From positions 1,928,477-1,992,476 of the forward strand of contig NMRA01000011.1 of NCBI GenBank assembly GCA_002633005.1: 64,000 nucleotides of DNA, in the 5' to 3' direction. Below are positions 51,194 through 62,400 of the stretch, one piece after another. Numbering within the stretch: position 1 is the stretch's first letter; each line of letters begins with the position of its first letter. Below the pieces are notes generated by a model, which was not told the origin of the DNA, searched no databases, and saw only the letters and a list, made by a program, of their open reading frames with translations. Source of the stretch: Phoronis australis. Lineage: Eukaryota > Animalia > Phoronida. The translations under genes and the position numbers were made by a program.

Positions 51194-53283
51194 NNNNNNN
51201 NNNNNNNNNNNNNNNNNNNNNNNNNNNNNNNNNNNNNNNNNNNNNNNNNNNNNNNNNNNNNNNNNNNNNNNNNNNNNNNNNNNNNNNNNNNNNNNNNNNN
51301 NNNNNNNNNNNNNNNNNNNNNNNNNNNNNNNNNNNNNNNNNNNNNNNNNNNNNNNNNNNNNNNNNNNNNNNNNNNNNNNNNNNNNNNNNNNNNNNNNNNN
51401 NNNNNNNNNNNNNNNNNNNNNNNNNNNNNNNNNNNNNNNNNNNNNNNNNNNNNNNNNNNNNNNNNNNNNNNNNNNNNNNNNNNNNNNNNNNNNNNNNNNN
51501 NNNNNNNNNNNNNNNNNNNNNNCATACATACATACATACATACATACATTCATACATACATACATACATACACACATACATAAATTACATACATACATGC
51601 ATGCATGCATGCATACATACATACATACATACATACATACATACATACATAGGTATGAACACAAACCCCACAAAGGCACAATCCTGCGATGTTACTAAGT
51701 CTAAGTTTCTATGAACTTGGACTCATACACAAGCAGTTGACATTTTCCTTCCAGAATATTTATTGTTCATAACAACACAGAGGTGGAAATGAAATTCACA
51801 GAAGTATTGCCCACGGTGACTAACAGAGACTTGAGGTTTCCTTTTTAAGGCGAGACAGGAAATTCCAATTAAAACATAGAATTGAACATGCACACGTTAC
51901 GACAGCGTAGTAGAAATTGAAGTTGTTTGTGCCGTTACGTGAGTGAAATCTGAGGTCGGTTTCATAAAAGACTTTAGATTAAAATCAGAATTTTTTTCTT
52001 GCGTTCCCTAATCGTTAGTTAATGAGTTAATGTTCTCATTTTATTCCTAAGGTTGTGATGTGTCAAAAATTGTGTGTGGTACACATTTAATCCATTATAG
52101 TTAAGTAAGGCGAAATTTCCTACACACGCCTTAATATACTCTTAATGAAACAACCCCCAGGTTGTTTAAAAAGGAAGGGTTTACTTTTTCAAACATCACG
52201 CAGAACTATCAAAACTTACTTGAGGTGACTGAATAGCATGTCTTGTGTTGTACATGTAAGTCAATGCTCTTTTCAGATTTACTCAATCGCATTTCAACTT
52301 TACGCTAAAGACGAAAAATCAATTAATAAATACTCACCATTTTCCTGCCTCTTGAGATCTTTTTTGGCTACATCCTATAAAAAACACTTCTTATTTTAAA
52401 TAAACAAATTCCTCCAGTACAAATAAACAATAACAAAATGAAGCAGTTGTAAACTCGGCCAAGCGGAAGCCACTAAATAAACAAACGGTGTTTTAAATAA
52501 GTTCAGCTGCTTCCGCCAAAGGAACACTGTTGAGTTTAGAAGCGAAATGAGCCTCGACATGTCCCTAAATGATGCAGCATTTTTTTTGTTAAATGAGAAA
52601 TTTTCATTAGAAACATGCCTGTCATACGTGTCTAGACAAATGTCTTGCATTACGATAACGTTCAAATTATTCCGGTGCGGAACCTATCCTATGTAGCTGA
52701 CATTGCTGGAATGTCGCTCTTGCTACAAGAGGAGTACACAACACTGACATTGCTGAGATGTTGCACTTGCTACAAGCAATAACACGACACGACAAGGTCA
52801 AATAGAGCATTGAACATAATATTTTCCGTGCGTTGTACTTCCTGACGCGGATCCAGAACTAGGGAGGTTTTCGACCGGGGGTCTAGGCCCCTCTGTTCAG
52901 CCATTTTCGTATTGGTACAGTGGAGGAAGTTGTCAGTGGTGCTATTATGTCTACCCATTGTCAGTTCATCTCTGGCCGTAATCATGGATCAGCACTGACC
53001 AAACATGTTTTATTGTTCCATAGAACTGAAATGCAGCGCTAGGCACGTCAAAGGAGACTTTCATAGTCAAAAACTTAATAGAGCTTTCTGTACGATTATG
53101 GTTCACAAATTACAGTTTACAAGTTACGTCTCATTGTTGTTGGCGTTTTGGTCAATTGATTTTCATTGGCAAAACATATCTTTGGGCTCACCTATATTTG
53201 TATCAAAATCGCTCGTCTCATTTTGCCCCTTGGAGGGTTGTGCGCAGGTGACACAGACCAGTGCTAATAGCTTTTGATGTCAT
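40882..53283 (-). CDS. SPARC: SPARC/osteonectin (BM-40) family protein, spliced, about 265 aa
   Basis: Exons 53283-53192 (signal peptide, 1-nt frameshift), 52367-52338, 50692-50565 ([24 protein letters not shown]), 49729-49591 (VCSTHNETFRSECELDRQRCLC...HLDYYGYCR), 47870-47788 (FPIRMRNWLKTVL), 45307-45183 or 43451-43327 (VIPVLWKFCDLDQHPYDG), 42338-42193 (ELL...MEHC..PFLDQC...DEWTTCLG), 40934-40882 (DEIAGFNEICESLHKKD*). All junctions are GT-AG and phase-compatible; the motifs are diagnostic for the SPARC FS and EC domains. Confidence 0.95.
42193..42338 (-). CDS. SPARC: SPARC exon, EF-hand 2 region
   Basis: tttgaacag|CCAGGTG...GAAG|gtattt; 146 nt, phase 2 to 1. Confidence 0.95.
43207..43346 (-). 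repeat. 27-bp minisatellite x5 made of exon end plus splice donor
   Basis: Unit (minus strand) GATCAACATCCTTATGACGG|GTAGGTT. Confidence 0.95.
43327..43451 (-). CDS. SPARC: SPARC EF-hand-1 exon, downstream copy
   Basis: 125 nt, phase 0 to 2, identical to 45183-45307. Confidence 0.85.
43543..44589 (-). mobile_element. Left-truncated copy of Kolobok-like family 2
   Basis: Colinear with ~35880-36919; ends GGTGGCATTCTCCT then TTAA (44590-44593). Confidence 0.85.
45063..45202 (-). repeat. 27-bp minisatellite x5, second copy
   Basis: Same units and order as 43207-43346 with two substitutions. Confidence 0.95.
45183..45307 (-). CDS. SPARC: SPARC EF-hand-1 exon, upstream copy
   Basis: ttgttaag|GCCAAG...GACGG|gtaggt; AKRKDITPKEIELAKKSETQKKNWVIPVLWKFCDLDQHPYDG. 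Confidence 0.9.
46912..47556 (+). mobile_element. PIF/Harbinger non-autonomous element with MADF/Myb remnant
   Basis: TIR AGGCC(TC/CG)TTCA, TSD TAA (46909-46911, 47557-47559), TTGCGGA subterminal repeats, MWSDAETELLIG* at 47243. Confidence 0.7.
47788..47870 (-). CDS. SPARC: SPARC exon, EC domain helix A
   Basis: ttttccag|CTTTTCC...GACTTG|gtgagt; FPPCADGQMKAFPIRMRNWLKTVLQDL. Confidence 0.95.
47901..48035. mobile_element. Short GC-rich MITE (CAG...CTG termini)
   Basis: CAGGAGCGGATCCAGG ... CTAAATACGTCACTG with 5-bp TSD AAAGC; related fragments at ~35088, ~37660, ~52843. Confidence 0.65.
49591..49729 (-). CDS. SPARC: SPARC exon, Kazal subdomain
   Basis: tttcag|GTATGC...CGAG|gtaaga; conserved N-glycosylation sequon NET. 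Confidence 0.95.
50565..50692 (-). CDS. SPARC: SPARC exon, FOLN/EGF-like subdomain
   Basis: ttctgcag|AAAGAG...GAACAA|gtaggg; [42 protein letters not shown]. Confidence 0.92.
51073..51650. repeat. (CA)n and (CATA)n microsatellites around an assembly gap
   Basis: Simple repeats flanking the N run 51194-51521. Confidence 0.95.
52338..52367 (-). CDS. SPARC: SPARC small N-terminal exon
   Basis: Strong donor ATG|gtgagt; tandem acceptors ttatag|GATGTAG|CC, of which only the second fits the phase of exon 2; (A)KKDLKRQEN. Confidence 0.6.
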
Positions 53284-53289
53284 GATAGC
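53192..53289 (-). CDS. SPARC: SPARC exon 2 with start codon and signal peptide (apparent frameshift)
   Basis: tcttcag|GCTATC-ATG; the +1 frame gives KLLALVCVTCAQPSKGQNETSDFDTNI; donor ATAG|gtgagc. Confidence 0.65.
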
Positions 53290-55081
53290 CTGAAGACTGG
53301 TTTGAGTTAATCACTTTATTAATCTCTACCGTACGTTTGCAATTCTACCCAACCAAAACTTCCGACATAATGTCTGTTCTACGCTCCAGCCAGTGCTGCG
53401 AAGCCTTGACTTGCGATGAACTTCTGAGTCGCATCCTGCAACTGTTACACTCGTTGGTTCATTAACCTGCTGTCTCTGTAGCTGGCACTCTTTTGACTGA
53501 CATTGTAACTGTTGAATCCGTAACTGCAACTCGACTGTTGCTTTAACTCAATACTCAAACCTATCTCAACTTTCTCTACAGTGCTTGGGTATTTATAGTT
53601 TCTTACAATGTCCTGTTTTTTAACCAATTCATGCACATTCTTAAACTTCTCGCAATCTGTTCAATCGTTCTGCAAGCATATACTGGGCTCTAGAATATTC
53701 CAGACTATGATTCGGTATTTATCACTAACACACTGGGATCTTTTAGAATGTTCTCTAGCATCCTGTCGTAAACAAATTACATCATTATTGGCGGAGCTCA
53801 TGGGTCACGTCAATCTAGAGCTAACTGCTATAAGATTAAAAACCGGACGATCGCCGCACAAATAAAAAAGAGCGGCCATAGTTCGGTTTTTTATCTTACT
53901 GTGGCCAAAAACTGCATGATTTAATCATCTGCTATAAGCAGAGCAAAATAATTCTTTTAAAACTAAAACCAGAGTCAGTCTACTCCTGACATCGCTCAAA
54001 ATGAGCCTCTCCGCAGCAAATGAAACCCGCAGTAACAGTTCGACTCTGGGAGTATCTCAGATACCAAAATATATACTTGCATAGACTTCTGTGCTGATTA
54101 TCTGTGAGTTGTCGTGAATTTTACAATTAGCAAGATCTTGTTACTTTCAACGAGCAAGGTCGTATTACGTTGCCGTGTTGTTTGTGCACACTGAAGTTTA
54201 CGGTGTCCTGGCCTGTGCCGGTAGACGCGTGTTCGCAAGTGCAAGTGAAAATCCTTCACATATGCGAGACACTGGTGAACCTAAATTTAATTTAGCTAAA
54301 ACACTAAAAACGCGTGCACAACTTAGACAACCTGTGCTTGAAACCTGTTACGTTCCTAGTCATATCCTGTCTGAAACGCACAATGAGAACACTTCCCTAA
54401 AAATGCGGAGATATGATATGCATGACGTTTATGTTTGGCAGCGGTAATTAACCATGCAGTTTGGCGACTGTTGCGAAACACCGAAAGTCAACTGAATTGA
54501 TAATATTTTGTACCGGGTATAAACCCTAAGTCAAGAGACGGTAGAGTCGTTGATGAAGTTTATATTAATTTGTGGATATAGCGATAACTGGTACAGCAAA
54601 ACATTTACGCACACACATGTATGGTTAACGAATCTCATAAAACTTCGACTGGATATATGAACCCCGTGAACCCTAGCATGGTTTTTCCATTGCCCTCGTT
54701 CACATGCTGCGAGACTATACAGTTGTGTGTACATCTGTTACACGTGGAGACACAAACGAGGAGTAACGCGTGCGTGTGCTCTAGACCTTGGGCTGATCCG
54801 GCAACCAGAAAAACGTGTTCATCACAAATCGTTCATTTATTGCACTAAAAGATGTACAGTTTCATTCACTGCTTGTTCCTAACTTATCCACCCTCGTCGA
54901 ATTTCAAACAACAAAAAATCCATTGCTGGTTAGATACTTTCTTTCGAAGATTAAAGCGACGTTATCGGCGAGTAAAGTGTATTCCGAGATCAGCCCAGCG
55001 TGGATTCGAAACTGGAATTCATGCAATCATTGTCAAACGCTCTGCTAAATACTACTCCATAAATGTAGGGGGTAATTTCAG

Positions 55082-55141
55082 CGTATTAACTGGTACAGTG
55101 GCACTCCTTGCATGGTGTCAGCGAATGGCTGATGGACAATG
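55082..55141 (+). other. Candidate antisense exon inside SPARC intron 1
   Basis: tttcag|CGTATT...CAATG|gtaaga; 60 nt, phase 2 to 2, VLTGTVALLAWCQRMADGQ. Confidence 0.35.
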
Positions 55142-57430
55142 GTAAGAATCTGCGATTTTGAAATGAAATCACGAAACACAACGAACTTAATTGATTTGTA
55201 GCTTTGGTCAAGGCTAACAGCTTCAAAAAAGCTATGCCATCCAACAATGATACTAAAATGCGTTTCACGGCCGTTAAAATGATGACACACAAATATACAT
55301 TTAAGATATTCCCTAAATATCTCATCGTCCCGCAAAGTTTCAGCAATTTGAAAAACCCTTGGAAAGCATGCCACTCGTTTTTTTTTTCTAATCGCTAAGC
55401 GTGACTCACTCTTCAAGCTATTTAATCAATGGCTGTGGTTAAAGACGGCTCACGTCGAACCACAAGCACCACTGTGTAACTCAGCGGGGAAATGTTTCTG
55501 TTGAATAATGAGTTTGTTTATTACTGCCTTGAAGAAATCACATAATTTTACCTGAGCAGTAGGCAAACTGAATGGGGAGGGAATTGTACAGTAGCAGGCG
55601 ACGGAAGTAATTTTGAGGGGGAATTACCAAAACAGATGTCAGTACCTTTGAAATAATGATTAACGTTACTATTATTTTTACACAAAAAATCCAGTGGCTT
55701 TAAAGAAAAGTCAGTCGAGTGACGCTGCAAACAACAAGGTGTCAAACAAACTTCCCAATGTTAATATCAATAATATGGATTCAGTCTCAAACACGATTAA
55801 CAGATGTAGCCTATACAAACCTCCGCCAAAACTCCGACCACCAAGACTGCTACCCCAACAACTACAAGAAGCCGCATTGCGCCACTTGAACCTGATAAGG
55901 AAAATAATTCCCACAATTAGTAAAGCTTAATTGACGAAAAGCAAGTCGCAGTTCTAAAAAGCAACTATGAAACATTATTATACGGAACAGTCGGTTTATT
56001 TCTTCTTTAGATGCGCAAGAACTCTCAGAAGTTGCTAAGTCATGACGGGTGGCGTTTCGATACTGTCTTAGCAGCATGGAAGTTGTAGGCAAACTGCTGG
56101 CTAGTTATTGTTGTTAAAAAATCTACTTCGAAGGAGACCAGCCGTGATGAAGTTGCTTTCGATGGTAAATTAATATGCTTACGAAGAAAGCAGCACTTTT
56201 GGCGGTTTAAGCCGATTTATAGCGCCTTTAAATTTTGCCACCAACTGTCTTCTATCATTTGGGTCATTAAACTTATTTCAAGCAGACACCACTTTTCACT
56301 GAACTGAGCACATCTGTGTGAGTGTTCAGTAGCTTTATTTTTTAGCGTAATATGTGCAATATGGTTTCACAAACGCCCTTCGAGCAAGGTGTCGAATGTT
56401 ACATAGAACAGTTAAACAAGTGAAAGTTGATAGACAGCCAAAAATGGCCGGTCGACCTCATGCGAACATGAAAAACATCTCAAACAAAATAAACAAAAAA
56501 ACGTGGAGCGGAAAAGGTCATGCGTTGAGATTAGCTAAGTTTACAATATGCCAGCTAGGGTCGGGCGTCTACAAGACACTCTCACGGTTATCGCAGTTTT
56601 AGACCAGGCTGATAGATCAAAGCACTGCATATCAGTAAGATGAAAAAACACTGCGACGGTAATTAACTTGCTGACATCGTCCCTGAGGTTATGTAGACCT
56701 TAGAAAAGTGTTCAAATTTGGCTAACTTCCGCCCATCATACCTTAGAAATAACTGATGGGACTCATCTGAAACTTTTTGGTGGTATGCGTTATACACTAT
56801 TCCCTAAATCGTTGTTAATGATTGCTTTTATAATGATCAAAAGGATGAAATGGATAATTTAGAAAACTCAGACATTTATATCAAACGATAGTTTGGCATG
56901 TTATCGATATCGTCGTTTGTCTATGAATTTACCCTTTTTGCTTAATTTTTGTTCACGGTACCCAAGTTGTTGCGAGGTAACTCAAACATCAAATTCTACA
57001 TTCATTCTATTTTCAAAAGATGTGTAATTTCATCGCGTTAAATTCCAGTTTTGTAGGTATTTGACTAAATGCATAAACGTGGGGATAAGGTCCTATATAA
57101 AGTTTATTAACACGCCATAAAACAATGCTACCGCATGTACAAAGATTCCTATGAATAAACAACAAAGTACGTTTTTGCAAAAATCATGATGAGACAAAAT
57201 ACGTTATTAAGATTTCCCACACTCAACTCTAATCATAGCCATACTCACAATCAATTATCGAACCAGATTAAGAGTCACACAATTTCGCATCCGAGTCTTC
57301 ACCGGATTAAAAGCGATATGCCGGCCAAGTACTGTTTGTTATCGACAATGAGACAGTGGACCGACTATGAGCGAAAAATTAGCCGGCTATTATATCGTCA
57401 TAACCGGAATATTTTCATTTGAGTACTTAC

Positions 57431-57510
57431 TTGCGCTGGATAAATAGATGTGTCTGTGAGTCACTAACCGCTTCTGTTTTGGTGAACCTCGAACAGCCGT
57501 TTTAAATTGT
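57431..57510 (-). promoter_or_regulatory. SPARC: Probable non-coding first exon and core promoter of SPARC
   Basis: Consensus donor CAA|gtaagt at 57431/57430, no ATG; Inr-like TTAGT (~57465), TATA-like TTTAAAA (~57500-57506), TGAGTCA (AP-1) at 57457 and TGACGTC (CRE-like) at 57568. Confidence 0.45.
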
Positions 57511-60339
57511 TTCCCAGTGGTGAAAATACGTTGACATCTTGTGCAGTGACATCTGGTGGCGTGGTGCTGACGTCTTGATTAGCTAACTCATGTTTCCAAA
57601 AACAAAGCAGGTATCCTGTTACTCTTGTTACACTACTGCTTACAAGAGAACGTTTTTGTTATTATAAAGACCTTGCCAATAATTCTACTAATAACTAATT
57701 ACTACTTCTAGTCTTCTTGTATCATGCACAGGCTGGCGAAGGTGAGGGCAGACTTGCAATACTTCGTGTCAAGGTACAAGTGATCACCATGCAATCAAAT
57801 CACAGGTTCGTAAGAATGAAAAAACTATTGGGGGGGCACAAACCATTTCGACNNNNNNNNNNNNNNNNNNNNNNNNNNNNNNNNCCCCCCCCCCCCATCG
57901 CCACCAACTCCGCCACCCCCGTGCTCCCGATGCCACCATATTTGTACCGAATCTCCGAAGTCCGCCTTAGGTGGAGGATAATCCCGCGGATGCAGCCATT
58001 AAAAGTTGAGTAACCGTGAACCAACATGGAGAGTAAGAATAGGCCCAGGACCAGTAAACTAACCTGTAGCGAGGAGCTGCCTCAAGTAGCTATAGCTGAG
58101 ATCTAACAATGTCAAAATACGAAATTCCCGATGATCTCAGTAAAGCTAGTTGCTGGTCAGCTTCATTAGCTATGATTCACTTGAGTCAGGCAGCACGAAT
58201 CGGCCTTCCGCACTGGCTCTAAGGTCAAGATTCGTTTCATTGAGATCCAGCATCGGGAAAACTTTATTTTATTATGGTCATTACTTGAAGGAGTTTTTTG
58301 AAAAGTTGAGGTGCCGAGGTCCCTGGTATAGTGCCTTAGGGACTGTTTCAAAATCTATCGTTAAACCACGACCGGCAGTCCAGTTTCTGGTGGCTGAGAA
58401 AATGATATAAAGTGCTTCCTAAAAATGTTCTCACTTCAACGCCTGAGGTTCAGTTAACGTGGATCCCCTGAGATTCTGCGCGGACCTACTGCATGGTTAT
58501 ATCTTATTTTTAACGTGGGTGCGTCAGTCATGACATGCACGGAAATCAGGCAAGCAAACAATTCAGTTTTGAAGAACAAAAATCCATTGCTCAATAGGCC
58601 TACTACGTGAAAATAAAAACACCAAGGAAGTACAAAGACAACCTTTCCAAGCAACGAGTTTAATTTCATTTATTTAAGGACTTTTAAATTGTTTTTCGAT
58701 CTACAGTTTGTGAGTCTGAATTTGATCAATGGCTTTAAGAGTTATTTTAGATAGGCAAAAATCTCTTAAGTGTACGTTACTATTTGGGGATCAGATTACA
58801 GAGTTTTTCCAACTTAAATTCACTGAAATATCATCATTTCTTTGAAGATTAGCTTCTAATTGTCAAAAATTATCTATGAATCCATCGATTTTCGTAGATA
58901 TATAAACAAGTAAAATAGAAACCAACGATTTTGTTTGTCAAGACGAAATGTTATAAGCAATTTCCGAAGGCATGCTTGCAGATTTTTGACGTGGTTACCG
59001 GGGGAACATGGGAGATGGGGCATTCATATTAAGGTGTTTTGTTTTGCTCATTTCAGAGGCACATGTACCTACATGTATAACGGTTCACGAGATAAATTTG
59101 AACGCCACTGACAAAAACGCTGAAATTATTGTTTAGGATTGCGATAGTTTTTTGAGTAGCCCTTTCGACATCTTCGCGGTCATCAGAAATAGTAGCATAG
59201 ACAATATTGTGTTTCCACATGTGGAAATTCTTTACCATGTACGCACCCAAGGGTGCTCGGGCGGGGGGGGCGGGGCGGTCGCACGAGCCCCTCCCCCATT
59301 TGGCGAAGTGCGCAAAAAAGTCCGCCTCAGAGAAAAAATAATAGTCCAACATTCGAAAGTTGAAAATTTAAAAAAAAATCCTAAAAGTGTTTTAAAATAG
59401 TGGATAAAGCATAGTGTGTGAAAGTTTCATATGAATCCAATCAGCCATTTGTGAAATGTGATCTCAAGTTAGACAAATTGGACTATTTATAGGGTACTAC
59501 ATAATCTCAATACTCTGTTCTAAGATCCAATGAAACCCTAGTCTTTTAATCAGGTGGCAAAATATATTTTTGACAGTGAAAGTAAGAAAACGTTTGTCGT
59601 AGTTGCGTAATTGTTTTATTATCTCTGGAGCACACGTATCTGTATCTACTGACCGTATTGACCTTAAATGTCATTGTAAAACTGTTAGCTTATGATTTCG
59701 AAATGTCGGTGGCCTATGAACTAAATGAAATTTTTTATGCATAACGTCAAAGAGTTGTGTATCGAGGAAGACGACGCTGGGCTTAGTCTCTAATTGTAAT
59801 ATTAGTCACGCTTTTAGATATTTTACACTTGTCGTACAACACAAATATGTAATATTTCTATTTCTAAATAAATGAAATGGAACTAAGAAAGTCTCCAACA
59901 ATATCCCGCGGTAACTTTCAGTGAGTAACTTGAAACGAAAATTTATCGAAAATGTTCGTAGTCATGGCGTATTGTTGTCCTTTGATAAGCAAAGTAGGAG
60001 GCTTCAACTGAAGAAAGACATCTCTGAACCGGTTAATTAAAAAACTTATGTGATGATTTTCTTGAGACAGAACTGTTAGGTTAGCCCACTGATATGCAAT
60101 AACCGTTTTAAGGCTTTCTTTTATTTATCTTTTATTATAAGTAGTTATGTGGACGCTTGTACATATCTTTTCGACAAGATCAGTATCTGTGGCTTGATAC
60201 AGTGCCTGTTGCACACAGAGTGAGAATATACGAAAAGCGGTGTAAGAAAAAGCAAAAAATCAATGACTAGTCCCATCCGAGAGGACCGTGAACGGGCGGC
60301 CCACGGCCTCGCCCCGGCATCAGATAACGCTGTCCTTTA

Positions 60340-60500
60340 CTGTAAAGGTAAAGGCGCACGTCCACCTAAAGTCATTACTGCCCCTCTCCCCCCGTAAGGG
60401 TCTTAATTCAATAAAAAAATTCAAGGCACCCGCCTCCCGCTTTGTCGTCCACTGAGAACTATAAAGCCGGGATCGAACCTGAGGAGTCGGCAACCGTCAT
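60340..60500 (-). repeat. SINE-like remnant
   Basis: Minus-strand B-box GGTTCGATCCC (~60470-60480) and CCTTTACCTTT tail (60344-60354). Confidence 0.4.
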
Positions 60501-60939
60501 CAAATTCAACTTGGGCAAAATTGGGTTGGAGTTCACTGCTTTTGCTTGATAAAAGTATCGTCGTCACAATAACCGCCCCGCCGGGCTCGGCTATAGTGCC
60601 ACTTTACAAGAACAGTCGCCTCGATCACGAGGGTGAGAATAGGCTTTTTCCAGCTAATCGTTCGTCAAACGTATGGGCTACTGATGTTTTAGTCAATAGG
60701 TGATCGACGTGGAGCACAATTCTAGCTCTACAAACACGGGTCGCATTTTTTCAATTAGGCTTGGATTTAAACGAGTTGACTCGAGCGGAAAACCAGCTGC
60801 ATCCAAGCCAGCATAGGGGGCGCTAGTTCGAAAGTAGCAGGCTTTCCGCACGCTGGACCACAGGCGTCCTCAGCTTCTGATCGTCCCCAATACACTACAT
60901 ATAATAGTGCGCTGGACATGAAATAAGAGAGACTCATCT

Positions 60940-61600
60940 AAAGTTGCATGCCATTGATGAAACTGCGCCCATCTTCCTTGGATGAAGGCTTGGTAAGTTT
61001 TTTTTGCTCGACGGAGCCATACGTGCCTGGAGTGGAGACAAGATTAGGGCAACTACTGAAAAGCCCGGCACTTGGCGATGTTGATCGTATTTTGACAGCG
61101 ACAAGCACGTGTCCTATACTAGACAGTACTGAGCCATGGTTTGGAAATCTTGAGTTTTGTCCCGGACTCAGAGCCATGCTTGAAAAACCAGCAACCCCAG
61201 TTGTGCAATGAGACGAATAATTCCCGGATGGTGACATGCATTACTACTCTGACTCTGAGGCCTATGCCTATGGACATAAATGGGCATCACAAAGAGGTCA
61301 AGGTCAAAGACGAATGATGTTGATGAACTTACAATTAACATTACCTCCTTCCCGTTGAGAAGTCCGGAGCTTCTGGAAATCAACATCATTTGGACTTGGA
61401 TAAATATAAATTTACGCCTTCCCCAACCAAAAAAAGCGCAAACAATGGTAATGTTGATAGTTCCCTGTGAGTGTGAAAGAAGAGGATTAAAAAACTGTTA
61501 AGATATCAACATATGAAGAGTTTCAAATTGGAATATTGTCAGCGTATCCAGATTGAGAGAGCAGTCACTAGCGGAAAAAGTCAATGATATGATAAAGTTG
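60940..61600 (-). mobile_element. Decayed non-LTR retrotransposon RT fragments
   Basis: Residual RT-like words (HVTIREL, YADN) among many stops and frameshifts. Confidence 0.3.
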
Positions 61601-61696
61601 GACGTAGTTGTTATTACGTCACAACACATGGAGAACCTAAAATGTCATCCGAAACACTGCAGTATCCTAGATAGTCTGGCCGTGTGGGAGACCTGA

Positions 61697-61989
61697 GGGG
61701 CCCGTTCCGAGTAATGACTTAAGTTCATTTTTGACTTTTAAGTAAAAATGAACTTAAGTCATTACTTGGAATGGGAAGTTTTGGAAGTTGAGACAATCTT
61801 TAGACTTAAAAGTCTAAAGATTGTCTCAACTTCCAAACATTGAAACTATCCATTAAGTTAGTCAAAATTAAGACAAAACTTAAGTCAAACTTTTTTGAAA
61901 CAGACTTGAGGCAAATTTAGGTTTTATCTTAAATTTGGCTGAAATATAAGACTTGTCTCAGCTAAGTCAGTTATCCTTGAATGGTCCCC
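61697..61989. mobile_element. Harbinger-type MITE with two long internal palindromes
   Basis: TIR GGGGCCCGTTCC / GGGGACCATTCA; near-TSD TGA/TGC; palindromes at 61705-61771 and 61781-61836. Confidence 0.6.
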
Positions 61990-62299
61990 TGCAGACATGT
62001 GCTGTATGAGTGACCAAATGAATAATGGGATGGAGGATTATAATTGTGCAGGCACTGCCTAGTTGTGCACAATAATAAGGGGTAATAAATACAAATAAAT
62101 AGGGGCAATAAAATACAAACAAATAGAACAATAGATACATTCCTGGTGCCAGAAAATAGAACTTGTGCCTCTCAGGCTTAAGAAGCAATACTGAATTGAA
62201 GAGCATTGAATCACATGAAAGGGAATTATGCAATGACAACAGGGACTATAATCCAAGAAACTCAGCAACTGTGCTAGCTAACCCACTAAGATTGTATCA

Positions 62300-62400
62300 C
62301 CCAATAACCTTGGCTACCATGCTAGGTGACCTTCGAGCACGATAACGCTTCATAAATGATCTTCCTCCCCAGATTGTAAGAAAATGCCCAGTGACAAAGG
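62300..62400 (+). mobile_element. CR1/L2 RT motif remnant
   Basis: MLGDL...FINDLP resembles GSVLGPLLFLIYINDLP. Confidence 0.3.

Noticed and set aside
50840-51714. Longest ORFs in the track
   Set aside because: Products of microsatellites and the N gap.
52697-52780. Short tandem duplications (~47 bp here; 18 bp at 2069-2104)
   Set aside because: Two-copy slippage products with no further structure.
60944-61002. Plus-strand exon with GTAAGT donor
   Set aside because: Poor acceptor, and it overlaps an antisense retrotransposon remnant.
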